A stretch of 64,000 bases of DNA from Nymphaea colorata (taxonomy: Eukaryota): the NCBI RefSeq assembly GCF_008831285.2, contig NC_045138.2:10354001-10418000 (forward strand). Direction: 5' to 3'. The translations under genes were made by a program, and so were the position numbers. This document shows positions 22,930-35,115 of the stretch, piece by piece (the stretch's first letter is position 1; each line of letters starts with the position of its first letter). The notes below the pieces were generated by a model that searched no databases, was not told the DNA's origin, and worked only from the letters and a program-made list of their open reading frames with translations.

Positions 22930-25900
22930 CATATCCATCCTTTCCCAACTCATGTCATTCTTGTCATTTAAAGCATTTAAATTTTGAATTTGATATGACT
23001 CAGTCTCATAGTAATTATCTTCAGCTCCATCACCATGTTTATCTTCAACTACCTCTCATATAAATCTCTAGGTCTTATCTTAATGACCACGTCAATCTTC
23101 TACCACAGGATCTTGCACATAGAATACTTGCTCAAGTTGAGATGCAAAGACAAAAAGGCTCTTCATACATGCATGAAACTTAAATTTAACAAGAGTGTGA
23201 CTAAATTCGTCAGTCTTAATTCCACATAGTTTAAGCACATCAAACCATTAACATTTAAATAAAATGAACTGCAAATCTCTAAAATACTCTATTTCTAGGA
23301 TGTCAGTTATGACTCCATAATAAACCACATCACCAACAACCCCGCAAAAATTTGATGTTTTTGCAGTAACATCAACTCCATTGTTTTGAGTTTTCAAATT
23401 TTCCTCTTCATCCTACGTGTGGAACCGAAACCCATTTTTGATGAAACATTTGAACTTTCTGGCTATCTTTTGAGGTTTCGGTGACAACCATATGGGTTCT
23501 TCATTGATCCCTTCAATAACACCTTCTTCACGAAGTTCACAAATCTACAATAAACGTAATTAAGTTAATCAACATAAATATATAAAGTTATTAATATTTT
23601 TAAGGACGATAAAGAAAATACATGATTTTGAAACCAATCAGGAAACATATCCTTGTGAATTCGCTCAACTTCAAGTGGTCATCTACATTGTCGTCTCAAC
23701 AAGTGAAGATGTTTCCTATAAATTGCATATTCCAATGGTTAAAGATGTACATTAGTAGAATTATGAAGAGTAAATAAATACAAATGGAGATCTTACTTTA
23801 AAGTGACATTATCAAGTGCGAGCATTTCCACTTTTCCTAGTGGACGACCTTTTCTCAACAAATCATTAACAAGTTCTTCATAATTTCACTCAACGCGATT
23901 AAAGTTGGTTTCAATGTCATCAAAATATCTTGAACAAATGTAAGACACTCTTCAGCTAAAGATCCTTTTGCAATAGAACCTTCTGGTTGGCTTTTGTTAT
24001 GCACATATGATTTCAACTTCAGCAAGTACCTACACACATAATACATAATATTAATTAATATAAATTTTCTTATAACTATTATCATGTTATACACTTACAT
24101 AAATTTTACTTACCTTTCAATATGGTACATCCACCGATATTGTACCGGTCCAACTAACCTTGCATCACGTGCCAAATGAATGAGTAGGTGTACCATAATA
24201 TCAAAAATTGAAGGTGGAAATACCTTCTCCAAATGGCATAATACGAGTGTTATGCGCTCTTCTAAGTTTCTGAAACTAACATCATTTCCAACCTTCGAAC
24301 ACAATTCTAAGCACATGCTGTATTCCCATTTATTTTAAAACTAAGGGAGCATTGTCATGATCCTTTGTTTTCCTGTCGATGTTCAAAAGTGTCCCGATGA
24401 TATTGTCACATCTATTCTCTTCAATATGCATGACATCTAAATTATGCTGCAATAAGTTATGCTTCCAATATGGCAAATCAAAGAAGATACTTTCTTCTTC
24501 CATTGATGTGGGAGACTGTTAGCATCCACCTGCTAACTACGACCCTTACAACAGAAAACCCCAAACTCCACGCGCGCACACAGCCCTAATCTCCAGATTA
24601 GGGTTTCTCCTTCCAGAGGAAACCCCACTAATTTCTCTGATCCCCTAATTACAGCTCCCCAACCCTTATTTATACTTGTTCCTGGGTCAGTCTAATGGGC
24701 CTGACCCACGACCCAGGACCCGGCCCCTAACAGAGACATGTTTGTTCAACATCATGTAAGATATTTGCACCAGAAAGAGGGATAGGAGTGGATCTTTCAA
24801 TATTACCATCAAATGATTGTGCATCCATTCGAAATTCCTGGTCACAGGACAGAAAACGACGATGACCCATGTAGTACTCTTTCTTACTATACTTCAATCT
24901 AAATATCTCTCTTTGTGACAAATAGGACAAGCTAATTTTCCTTTCGTACTCCAACTAGACAAATCTTCATAAGATGGAAATCTTCGATCTCCCAGGGTAA
25001 AGCTGCTCTCATTTGAAAGTTTTGTTTCTTTGAAGCATCATATGTTGGTACACCAATGTCCCACAATATATTCAATTCATCTATAAGTGGTTGCAAATAT
25101 ACATCAATTTTTATTTTAGAAGAAGTTGACCTAGGTATAAGTAACAACAACATTATGTATGGTAGTTTCATGCACATCCATGGTGACAAATTGTAAGAAA
25201 CAAGTACTAGTACTGGCCATATACTGTAAGTGCTAACTACTCAATGTCCTGGATGGATTAACAACATCACTCACCAATCCAAGTCTAACGTCATGACAGT
25301 CAGAAGAGAATGACGGATGTGACTCATCAAAGGACTTCCAAGCCAGTGAATCTGTAGGGTGCCTTAAAGTTTCATCTTTTGTGTGACATTCATCATGCCA
25401 TCTCATGTATGAGGCTGTTTTAGAAGACATGCATGGTTCTTAAGTCGTGGTATTAAAGGAAAATATCGCAACCACTTTACAGGGATTTTATTCTTTTTTG
25501 TACATGATGAACTTCCTATGTCAAGTGCAATTATCGTCTACTTTCCATCTTGATAGTCCACAAATGTCACAGGAATCTTTATTGATGGCATCATTCCAAT
25601 ATAACGTGCAGTCCTTCAAGCAAACATCAATTTTCTCACATGTAAGACCAAAATCTGTGACAATCTTTTTCACTTCATAGAAAGAACTTGACAGTTTTAG
25701 ACCCTTAGGAAATGCTTCTCGCAACAATTCAACCAACATCATGAATGACTTGTTGCTCAAGCCATTGCAGCATTTTATGTGAAACAAGTGCAAAAAGAAT
25801 GACAATTTTGTAAACTTATTGCACCCTGGGTATAACTCATCAACAACATCACGTAGTAGCCTATGATCTTTTTCAACTTCTGGATTTTCTTCCAGCATAT

Positions 25901-26230
25901 GATCATGGACATCATCATATCCTCTTGTACTAGAGTTCACATTCCTGAAAGCACCATCTAACATTTCATGCACGTCATCTTCTTGTTCAGATAATAGAAT
26001 ATCATCATTTGGGTATGGCAACATAGATTCGCCATGATAGTGCCAAATTGTGTAACACTGAAGGAATCCATCACATATCATGTGCTCCATGGCAACTTTC
26101 ACTGTTTGAAGTACATAATTGCAGCATTTTCGACAAAGCACTTTAGACTATCATTGATTACTCCATTGTTTTCTCTTGCAAATTGAATAAAATTTTTCAC
26201 TCGGTTAGATATTCAACACTAAGCCTAAAA
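22930..26230 (-). pseudogene. CACTA TnpD-like transposase (Transposase_21 family), decayed
   Basis: HMICDGF..YTIWHYHGE, ELYPGC.KFTKLSF, KIDVC..DC.LYW, LRHPTDSLAWKSFD, IDVYLQPLIDEL, YMGHRRFL, HLEKVFPPSIFDIMVHLLIHL, GPVQYRWMY.IER, QPEGSIAKG. Confidence 0.93.
24517..24732. mobile_element. Short solo LTR (216 bp; copia- or TRIM-like) inserted in TnpD
   Basis: Termini TGTTAG...CTAACA. Perfect TSD GAGAC (24512-24516 / 24733-24737). TATAAATA on the minus strand. Confidence 0.85.
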
Positions 26231-26438
26231 AATTAAATGCATTTCAAACTATTAATACATGACCATATAAATTTTGTAGATAACAAGGTAAAAATTACTT
26301 TTTATAATGTTTAGCTCAATGTTATCCGTATACGATATGCTCGTGTATCACAAGCGTATATGTATCGTACGATATGGAGAAAAATGCAAAAAAGGGGCTC
26401 GACAGCCCCTTTTTGTGTCATGTATTTAGCTTTAAACA

Positions 26439-26482
<44 letters not shown>

Positions 26483-26798
26483 TCTTCTTGTTTCTAAAGA
26501 CTCCAAGAGACATGGGAGGGAGAGATTTAGCCCATTTTCATCAAAAATCACTAAGGATTCATTTATTTGGAAGAGCCTACTAGCCGGTGAAGAAGCTTTC
26601 TTATAGTGGGAACGATGGAAGGCAAATAGGATTGAAAAGGAAATGCATGAGGCAGATGTAGGATATGGGGAATCATAATAAGAGGAAGGAAGCGGAGGTG
26701 AAGATGTTGAGCTCAAAGAAGAAGATGTTGGTGTCAGTTCGGGAACAGATAAAGGGAAAGGCATCATGCATAGAGGTGGTTCTTCAGCTGCAACCAGG

Positions 26799-27445
26799 AT
26801 ATATCCTTGATGGAAATTGAGATCCATTATTATCTATAAATAAAGTATAATGCATATGATCAATTATTTTAGAAATTCAACCTGTATTTGATTTCTTCCT
26901 TGGGTTGGGTTTGAGAATATTAGTTGAAATCCATTTGTTTGGTGCAGTGATTTCACAACACAAAGGTTTCAAGCAAACTCTTTTTTCTTCTTCTCTTATC
27001 TATCATAACATTCTCTCAAATATCTCTTTTTTTAGATGAATGATCAGTGGGGATGGCTCTCTTCTAGTACTGAATAGAAGAAAAAACACAAAGAATGATA
27101 AACAAAACAAACAACCAATAGACAAAACATAAACTCAAAAAGGACACATACCAATGATCAAGAATCAGCACACTCAATGAACAGACATATCATTGCCCCA
27201 GATAGTATGCCATTGAAAATGTATACCTTCCTGAACATATCAACACCAACAATAAGAGACAAAATGATCAACCAAGAACTTGTCAACCATATACTGACTC
27301 CATCTCTTCTACCTTTCATTATTCGCATTGCTCTTAACTTGCCCTATGGGGCAGCAAATTTTAGACAGAAGCCATAGCCTTGTATCATCTCTTACCATAT
27401 CCAACCACTCAAATTGAGAATCACCATAATATAGATCTATTACAC
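26799..27445 (+). repeat. ~645-bp near-identical direct copy of 42224-42866
   Basis: ATATATCCTTGATGGAAATTGAG...ATAGATCTATTACAC at both sites. A few substitutions and one 4-bp indel. Confidence 0.95.
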
Positions 27446-27628
27446 AGAGGTGCAAGTACAATTTTACCAGGACATGTCAGGAGTCATGGTAGTACTATTG
27501 AAACTGGTGGTGGTAGAGTACCTACTATGAGGTCGAGTTTTGGATCTGGTTCAATCAAGAATTTTTTTCCCCACTTATACTACTGCAAGCCCTTCAGCCC
27601 TTCTACCCACTGCCCACCCATTCCCCAT

Positions 27629-28061
27629 TGTAAATCAGGCCCAAAACTTAGGCAAATACCTCAAGAATATCACTCTTGAATCTCCCACTAACTCAACAAG
27701 GCAATACACAAGAGTCCTCTAACAAGAGGATAAAGAAAACATGTATTTATCTTCAACAATAATACAAGAAGTGGCTTAACAAGCCATAGGTTAAAGAGAG
27801 GGGAGCCTACACTATATATAGAGGAGAGAACAAAAGAAAGAGGAGAGCCAACCATTGGGACTAGTTCCAACGGCTAGAATTCTAGCCGTTGGGACTAGTC
27901 CCCTTTAGGGAATAAGGATAAAGAAAAAGGGGGGAAAAGGGGAAAATAAAAATACATAAAAAAAAGGGAAAAGTTACATAAGTATCCTAGTATCCAAATA
28001 TATATAAAATATATATATATATATATATATGTATACATATAAGACATATATTAGATAACTA

Positions 28062-28141
<80 letters not shown>

Positions 28142-31100
28142 TACATTTAGAATGCATACAATCTAATATTCTAACACCCCCCTCAAACTTATGGTGTGAT
28201 AACCGAAAGTTTGTTAAGGAGAAAATTAAATCTGGCAGCAGCAAGAGCCTTTGTGAAGAAGTCGCCTAGTTGATATTCAGAAGAGACATAAGAGAGATCA
28301 ATGTTCTTTTGAAGGAATTCTTCACGAACATAATGACAGTCCATCTCTATATGCTTCGTTCTTTCGTGAAATGTGTGATTACTAGCAATATAAATTGCAC
28401 TTTTGTTGTCACAACAAAGTTTGACCGGATCCTTGATATCAATTCCCATATCTTTCAGCAAGCTCTTCAGCCACACTATCTCCATTGTTGTAGTTGCCAT
28501 CGCACGATACTCAGCTTCTGTTGATGATAGTGACACCTTATGTTGTTTCTTGCATCGCCAGGAAATTAAGGAATCACCTAAAAACACACAAAAACCAGTG
28601 GTGGAGTGCCTATTATTGGGATCTCCACCCCAATCAGCATCTGTATAAGCAACTAACTCTAATGTAGAAGAGGAAGACAGAAATAGTCCATTGTTGATAG
28701 TATTTTTCACATAACGGACAATCCGCATTGCCGCTCCCATGTGCACTGAGGTGGGTCTTTGTTGAAATTGGCTTATCACATGTACAGCATGAGCAATGTC
28801 AGGTCTGGTGATGGAGAGATAAGAGAGAGCGCCAACTATTTGCCGAAAAGGAGTGGGATTCTCTAATATCTCTCCATCATCAATTTTCATTTTTACTCCC
28901 AGTGCTTCTGGAGTATCCACAACTTTGTCATCTGAGATACCTGTTCTGTCAACTAATTCACTGGCAAACTTCATTTGAGAAAGAAGGTAACCCTGTTTGC
29001 TATAAGCAACTTCAATTCCAAGAAAATAAGTTAGTCTTCCCAAATCAGTCATTTGAAAGCATTTGTTAAGAAAATGTTTTACCTCTATAATCTCTTCATC
29101 ATCACTCCCAGTAATAACCATATCATCAACATACAATAATAAAACAATTACACCTACGGAGGTGGTTTTTACAAACATGGCAGTATCAGAGTAGCAAGAT
29201 TGAAAACCTTGATTAAACATGACACTACTAAACTTGTCAAACCAGGCCTTGGGAGCTTGTTTCAAACCATAAATGGCTTTCTTAAGTCGTAAAACTTTGT
29301 TTTGAGGTAGATCAAAACCAGGAGGAGCACTCATGAAAATTTCTTCCTGTAGGTGACCATTTAGGAAAGCATTTTTAACATCCATTTGAAAAATAGTCCA
29401 ATGTTTAATAGAAGCAATGGCAATAAGAGTTCTAACAGAAGTCATGCGAGCAACAGGAGCAAAGGTTTCTTCATAATCAATTCCATATTCTTGAGCATAT
29501 CCCTTGGCAACAAGTCTGGCCTTATATCTTTCTAAAGTTCCATCACTTCTAGTTTTGATTTTATAGATCCATCTACAACCAATAGTCTTTTTCCCCATTG
29601 GTAGAGACACAATATCCCAAGTCTCATTGCTTTCAAGAGCTTTAAGTTCAAGATCCATGGCTTCAATCCAATTGGGATCTTCCTTAGCTTCAAGGTAAGA
29701 AGATGGCTCATAAAAAGAGTGATGAGCCATAATACAAGCTCGAAATTTTGGGGAAAAAGACTCATAAGAGATAAATCTTTGAGGAGGTCTAGTGTGCCTT
29801 TGGGATCTCTTAGGAAGAGATTGATTAGTTTCTTTATTTTGGGGATCTCTTCTTCTATAAACTAAGATCTCTTTTGGAGGAATGATATTAGTAGAATTAT
29901 CATTGTTGACCTCTTCAATTGGCACTTCTACAACTTTATCGGGTTCATCATCATCAATATCATCATCATCATCAATATCATTAGTCCAAAGAAAAGTATA
30001 ATCTTCTAGTTTCTTGGGTTCATCTTTGAAACCATCTTCATTTTCTAAAAAGATCACATTTCTAGAAACATAAACTTTATCTCTTTCCATATCATAACAT
30101 CTATAACCCTTTTGAGTTTCGGAATACCCAATAAAAACACAACAAGTAGCTTTGGAAGAAATCTTATCGTCTTTATCACTTAACACAAAACATTTGCAAC
30201 CAAAGACTTTAAGTCTATTGTAATTAGGTTTAACATGGTGGAGTTTTTCAAAAGGAGAAATATGTTTCAAAAGTTTGGTAGGCATTCTATTAATTAAATA
30301 GGTTGAAGTCAAAACAGAGATAAAAGAAGGGCTCTAGCAGTTTCAATAATGTGCCTATGTTTACGTTCGGCCACTCCGTTTTGTTGTGGAGTGTTAGGAC
30401 AAGATCTTTGATGAACAACTCCTTTTTCTTTTAGAAATTGTTGAAATTCATTTGACATAAATTCTCCTCCTGAATCACTTCTAAAGACTTTGATATTTGT
30501 GCCAAATTGGGTATAGATCATGTTGTAGAAATTATTAAAGTTTGTGAAAACCTCTGATTTGTGTTTGAGAAAGTAAACCCAAGTATGCCTAGAAAAATCA
30601 TCAATAAAGATCACATAGTACAACAATCCTCCTTTTGACATAATGGGAGCGGGTCCCCACACATCCGAATGCACTAAATCAAAAGATTTTTGGGCAATAA
30701 AATTTCTATTATCAAAAGGTAAGGCTTTCATTTTAGCCTTAATACAATCGTTACAATGAAAGTTCTTTTGACAAAAATTCTCCATGAAGGGAAGATGAAA
30801 CATTTTTTCTATATTGGAATGTCCAAGTCTTTGATGCCAAGTTTGAATGTTACATTCTTTGGAGATATTGCAAGATGGTCTTGAGAGGTCCAAAAAGTCT
30901 ATGTAGTAGAGATCTTTTGTTCTAAAACCTTCCCCAATCGTCTTCTTGGATACTCGGTCCTGTATCAAACATTTGGATTGTGAGAAGATTATATCAAAAC
31001 CTAGGTCGGCTATTTGAGAAACTGATAATAAATTTAAGCTTAATTTAGGAATGTGTCTTACTTGAGGTACTTTTAAAGTTTTGGATCCAAAAGCTAGATC

Positions 31101-32923
31101 AAGGTTTCCAATAAAATCAATTTCAAGAGAAGTACCATCCGCCGTTTTCACAAAGGAATAAGAATCATTTTTAGTACATTCGGTGAGAAGGGATCTACAA
31201 GGAGTCATATGAAAAGATGCACCCGAATCAATAATCCAAGAATACTTACTTGTAGAAGTAGATGCTACGGTAGCTCCCAAAGTTGAAGGTGTGTCTCCTC
31301 CCTTTAGAAAAGGTTGAAGAGCACTTATAAGTTGATCAAGTTGGAATGAGCTTGCTTCTTTTCTTTCTTCTTGAATTGGAGCTGCAACATTGCTTCTTTT
31401 GTCAAAAATTCTAAGTTTTGGACATCTTGGTTTGGTATGTCCTTCTTCTTGGCAATGATAGCAAATAACTTTTCTTCTTACTCCTTCATATGTACAATTG
31501 AAGTGAGGAGGTCTATAAGGTCTCAAATGGGCTCCCGGCCTAGATGTGGCAAGCACATTGTTGACTTTCTCTTTATCAAGACAAAGACGATTTTCCTCCA
31601 TTTGGAGCTCCGCAATAGCCTCATTCATAGATGGTGTTTTAGAACGATGAAGTAAGGCAGTTTTAACACCATCAAATTCAGGTCTGAGACCTATGATAAA
31701 CTTGTAAAACTTGTCACGTTGTATTTGCTTTTCTCTAAGAATAAGATCTTGTGTCCAATGTGGTTCAAAAATACTTAATTCATCATACAATTGATCCATT
31801 TCAGCCACATAATCTTTAATGGATCTATCTCCTTGTTGAAGATTGTGAATTTTGAGTTGAACATGATGCATATAAGCAACGTCTCTCATGGTATGAGTTT
31901 TCTTTAGATATTCCCAAGCTTCTAGGGCAGAATTTAACTTGGAAATTTGCCCGCTAGTAGCATTGTCAACACAAGTCAAGATCCAAGTAATAATTTTGTG
32001 ATGACCAACACTCCATTCTTCCCATTTCTTGTTGTATTCAGTCATTACTTTTTCTTTTTCGGTTTCATCCAATTCCATAGCTCTTCCATCAACAACTTTA
32101 GTAAGGACTAGTTGTGGTTCAAGTTTTGTCCCATCAACTAGTCCCCAAAGGCTTTTACTACGAATAAAATGTTCCATAGTTCTAGCCCATTGTATATAGT
32201 TTGTTGATGAGAGTTTGGGAAATGGAAGAGACGAGACTTTGTCATCCATGATCACAATCAACAAGGTAGATCCACTTACAAGTTATGACGAAGCTGGCTG
32301 TCGCACAAAAAGAAGTCCACGGCAATAAGAAAAACCAGTCTCCCTTCTTCTTGTGTAAAACTTCTTGTGTCAAGAATCAGCCAGCAATAACGATGAGTAC
32401 TTCGAGTGCTTCACGGCTCCAAAGAAGGAGTAAGAGCTGAAACTTTAAGCTGAAGGACAGCAAGATGAATAGCCAAAACGTGGCTCTGATACCATGTCAA
32501 TCAGGCCCAAAACTTAGGCAAATACCTCAAGAATATCACTCTTGAATCTCCCACTAACTCAACAAGGCAATACACAAGAGTCCTCTAACAAGAGGATAAA
32601 GAAAACATGTATTTATCTTCAACAATAATACAAGAAGTGGCTTAACAAGCCATAGGTTAAAGAGAGGGGAGCCTACACTATATATAGAGGAGAGAACAAA
32701 AGAAAGAGGAGAGCCAACCGTTGGGACTAGTTCCAACGGCTAGAATTCTAGCCGTTGGGACTAGTCCCCTTTAGGGAATAAGGATAAAGAAAAAGGGGGG
32801 AAAAGGGGAAAATAAAAATACATAAAAAAAAGGGAAAAAATACATAAGTATCCTAGTATCCAAATATATATAAAATATATATATATATATATGTATACAT
32901 ATAAGACATATATTAGATAACTA

Positions 32924-33000
<77 letters not shown>

Positions 33001-33030
33001 TTAGAATGCATACAATCTAATATTCTAACA
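27629..33030 (-). mobile_element. Full-length Ty1/copia retrotransposon, young, one frameshift
   Basis: LTRs 27629-28176 and 32495-33030, nearly identical apart from (AT)n length. PBS TGGTATCAGAGCC (32482-32494). PPT TTTGAGGGGGG. Perfect TSD CCCAT. Confidence 0.97.
28189..32249 (-). pseudogene. Copia gag-pol polyprotein broken within integrase at ~30315
   Basis: ORFs 30309-32264 (gag, CYHCQEEGH, WIIDSGAS, integrase core) and 28189-30312 (integrase end, RT YVDD, RNase H). The conserved P..FW.EA segment is missing at the junction. Confidence 0.93.
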
Positions 33031-35115
33031 CCCATTACACACAGTCATGACTCATGCAGCCACGCTATGGTTAAAGAGGAAATGCTAAACTGGCCAAGGG
33101 TATAAAATGCCCTCTTATCATAAGTTGCAAGGTAAAATTCTTAATAATGCAATTAGAGATCTCAAGGCATATTGTGATGAACTGAAGCTGGAAAGACACA
33201 GGATGTAGTGTAATGGTAGACGGGTGGATGAGCATCAAGAACAAAACATTAGTAAACTTCCTTGTATATCGCTCCTTAGGTACAATGTTCATAAAATCTA
33301 TTGATTTGTCTGATACTCCTAAGACTGCTGATGTTTTGTGAGAGATTTTTTATAAAGTTATCCAAGACTATGTGTCAAAAGCCTTTTTTGCTAGATCTTT
33401 AGATTGTCCTTAACTTTGTGTCGACTGTACAAATGAATGTGAAATTTTAAAATTATTACATTCAAAAGAAAAAAAGTACAGAAAATTGGAAAGTTGGGAA
33501 CACCCCTCTTTTCCCTCCCTCACAATAAAATTCAAGGGAAGAGGTTTACTAAGATTCATAATTCAAGCTGAATAAACAACATGCAATGTTAAATAAGAGT
33601 CCACTTTTATTATCATTAGATTCTTCCAAGATTGAAATGTGACGGCTTTGGCCTTGCAAGTGCTTTTAACATGACATCTGATTGTGTGGGTACTATTTAG
33701 GCATATACAAGGGTTTATTTTTCCTTCGAGGTAGAAATAATCTGGGCATTGAATTATTGGTCATTCATTTTACATGATTAACATTTCGAAGGTTTTTTGG
33801 CACTCAATATTTTGTCTTAGTATTAAACACTTTCCTTCCCTAGATAGAGTAATCTAAGTTTCTAAAGGAAAAAATTAAAGAACATCATTCACTTAAAATA
33901 AGTTTAGATAAGAAGAATGAATAAAAAATCAAACAGATGATTGGTCAGTTGAGAACTTTAATATATTAAGGTGAACCAAGTTAGATTGCTAATAAAAACT
34001 TTGATGTTAACATTAGGATGCCAAATATCAACAATCATAAAGGGAATTTAATCATTTACAGGCTGCTGAAAATGAAGTTTTGGGACAAATCCTACTGAAG
34101 TAACGTTCAGGTTTGGAACAAATTAGAGGTGCTGACATACTCCTGATAACGTCAACCTAATAGGCTCATATCTTCTTCTGGTTTTCAACTTTTTCAAAAT
34201 GATAAAAATGAAGGTAAATGTCATGGAAAGAAAAAAAGAAGACAAGAAAAAAGATGGCGCGTAAATAAACTCATAAGGGACAAAAAGATATAGCTACAAA
34301 GAACATGACTGAGCCATGAGGATTGTGGAAGGAAGAACTTTTCAGGAGAGAATGAACATGCAAGGTAAAGAGAAGACATAATTCTGTAGTAATCCAATGT
34401 CCATTACATAAAAAGCAAAAGTACCTCCACAAACAAGCCTACGGCTGCATTTCAATAAAACTATACAGAAACATATTGTATCCTCATTAACTGCTTTTAT
34501 TGAAACTAGCAAGTATCTTTAGTAAGCAAAACGAGGAACTTAAATAGGTTATAGAATTTATATCAAGATTACTTTTGTGAAATAAATTTTATTAAGTTTA
34601 AACTTTACAGTCAGAAAATAACATTGTAAAAGCAAAATTTCTGCACATTCGATGTTTGAATTCATTAGATATGCCTCCCTTATGCATTTCCAGCATCACT
34701 TATGCATTTCGTCAAGCAGATGGTCGCAGTGTAGATAGCTGAACGCCATGCATTTCAACAGACACATGGCCGACACGCATAGTATGGAAGGTAAGGGTAG
34801 TTTTTCTTTTCCCTTTAGGGGGAGGGGGGATGATCCTAATTCTGAAACTTGTTTCATATTAACAGAAAGGCAACCCACAAATTGAGCATTTATATTTACC
34901 TGATTGGATGCCGGCACAACCGGCGATGGCTAGACACTTTAGCTTAAAAAGCGATTCAGCTTCTGTTTAGATTATGAGGTATAGCTTGATCCGCCTTTAC
35001 CATCTCCCACCTGCAAATCATATAGCATTCTCAGTGTCATCAGATGGCGTTAGCTTTAAAGATCCTTGACGAAAAACAAGACACATCATTTTTCTTGTGA
35101 GTTGACGAGAGAGGA

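Larger units (their letters stand above)
26317..33310 (+). mobile_element. Truncated hAT element, interrupted by a duplicated segment and a copia
   Basis: Left end CAATGTTATCCGTATACG with CGTATC-type repeats. DUF659-type transposase remnant at ~33090-33310 (GYKMPSYHKL, WKDTGCSVMVDGW...LVNFLVY..GTMFIKSID). Right end not seen. Confidence 0.6.

Noticed and set aside
24517..24732. Cassandra TRIM with 5S rRNA-like LTR
   Set aside because: No 5S A-box or C-box similarity recognised.
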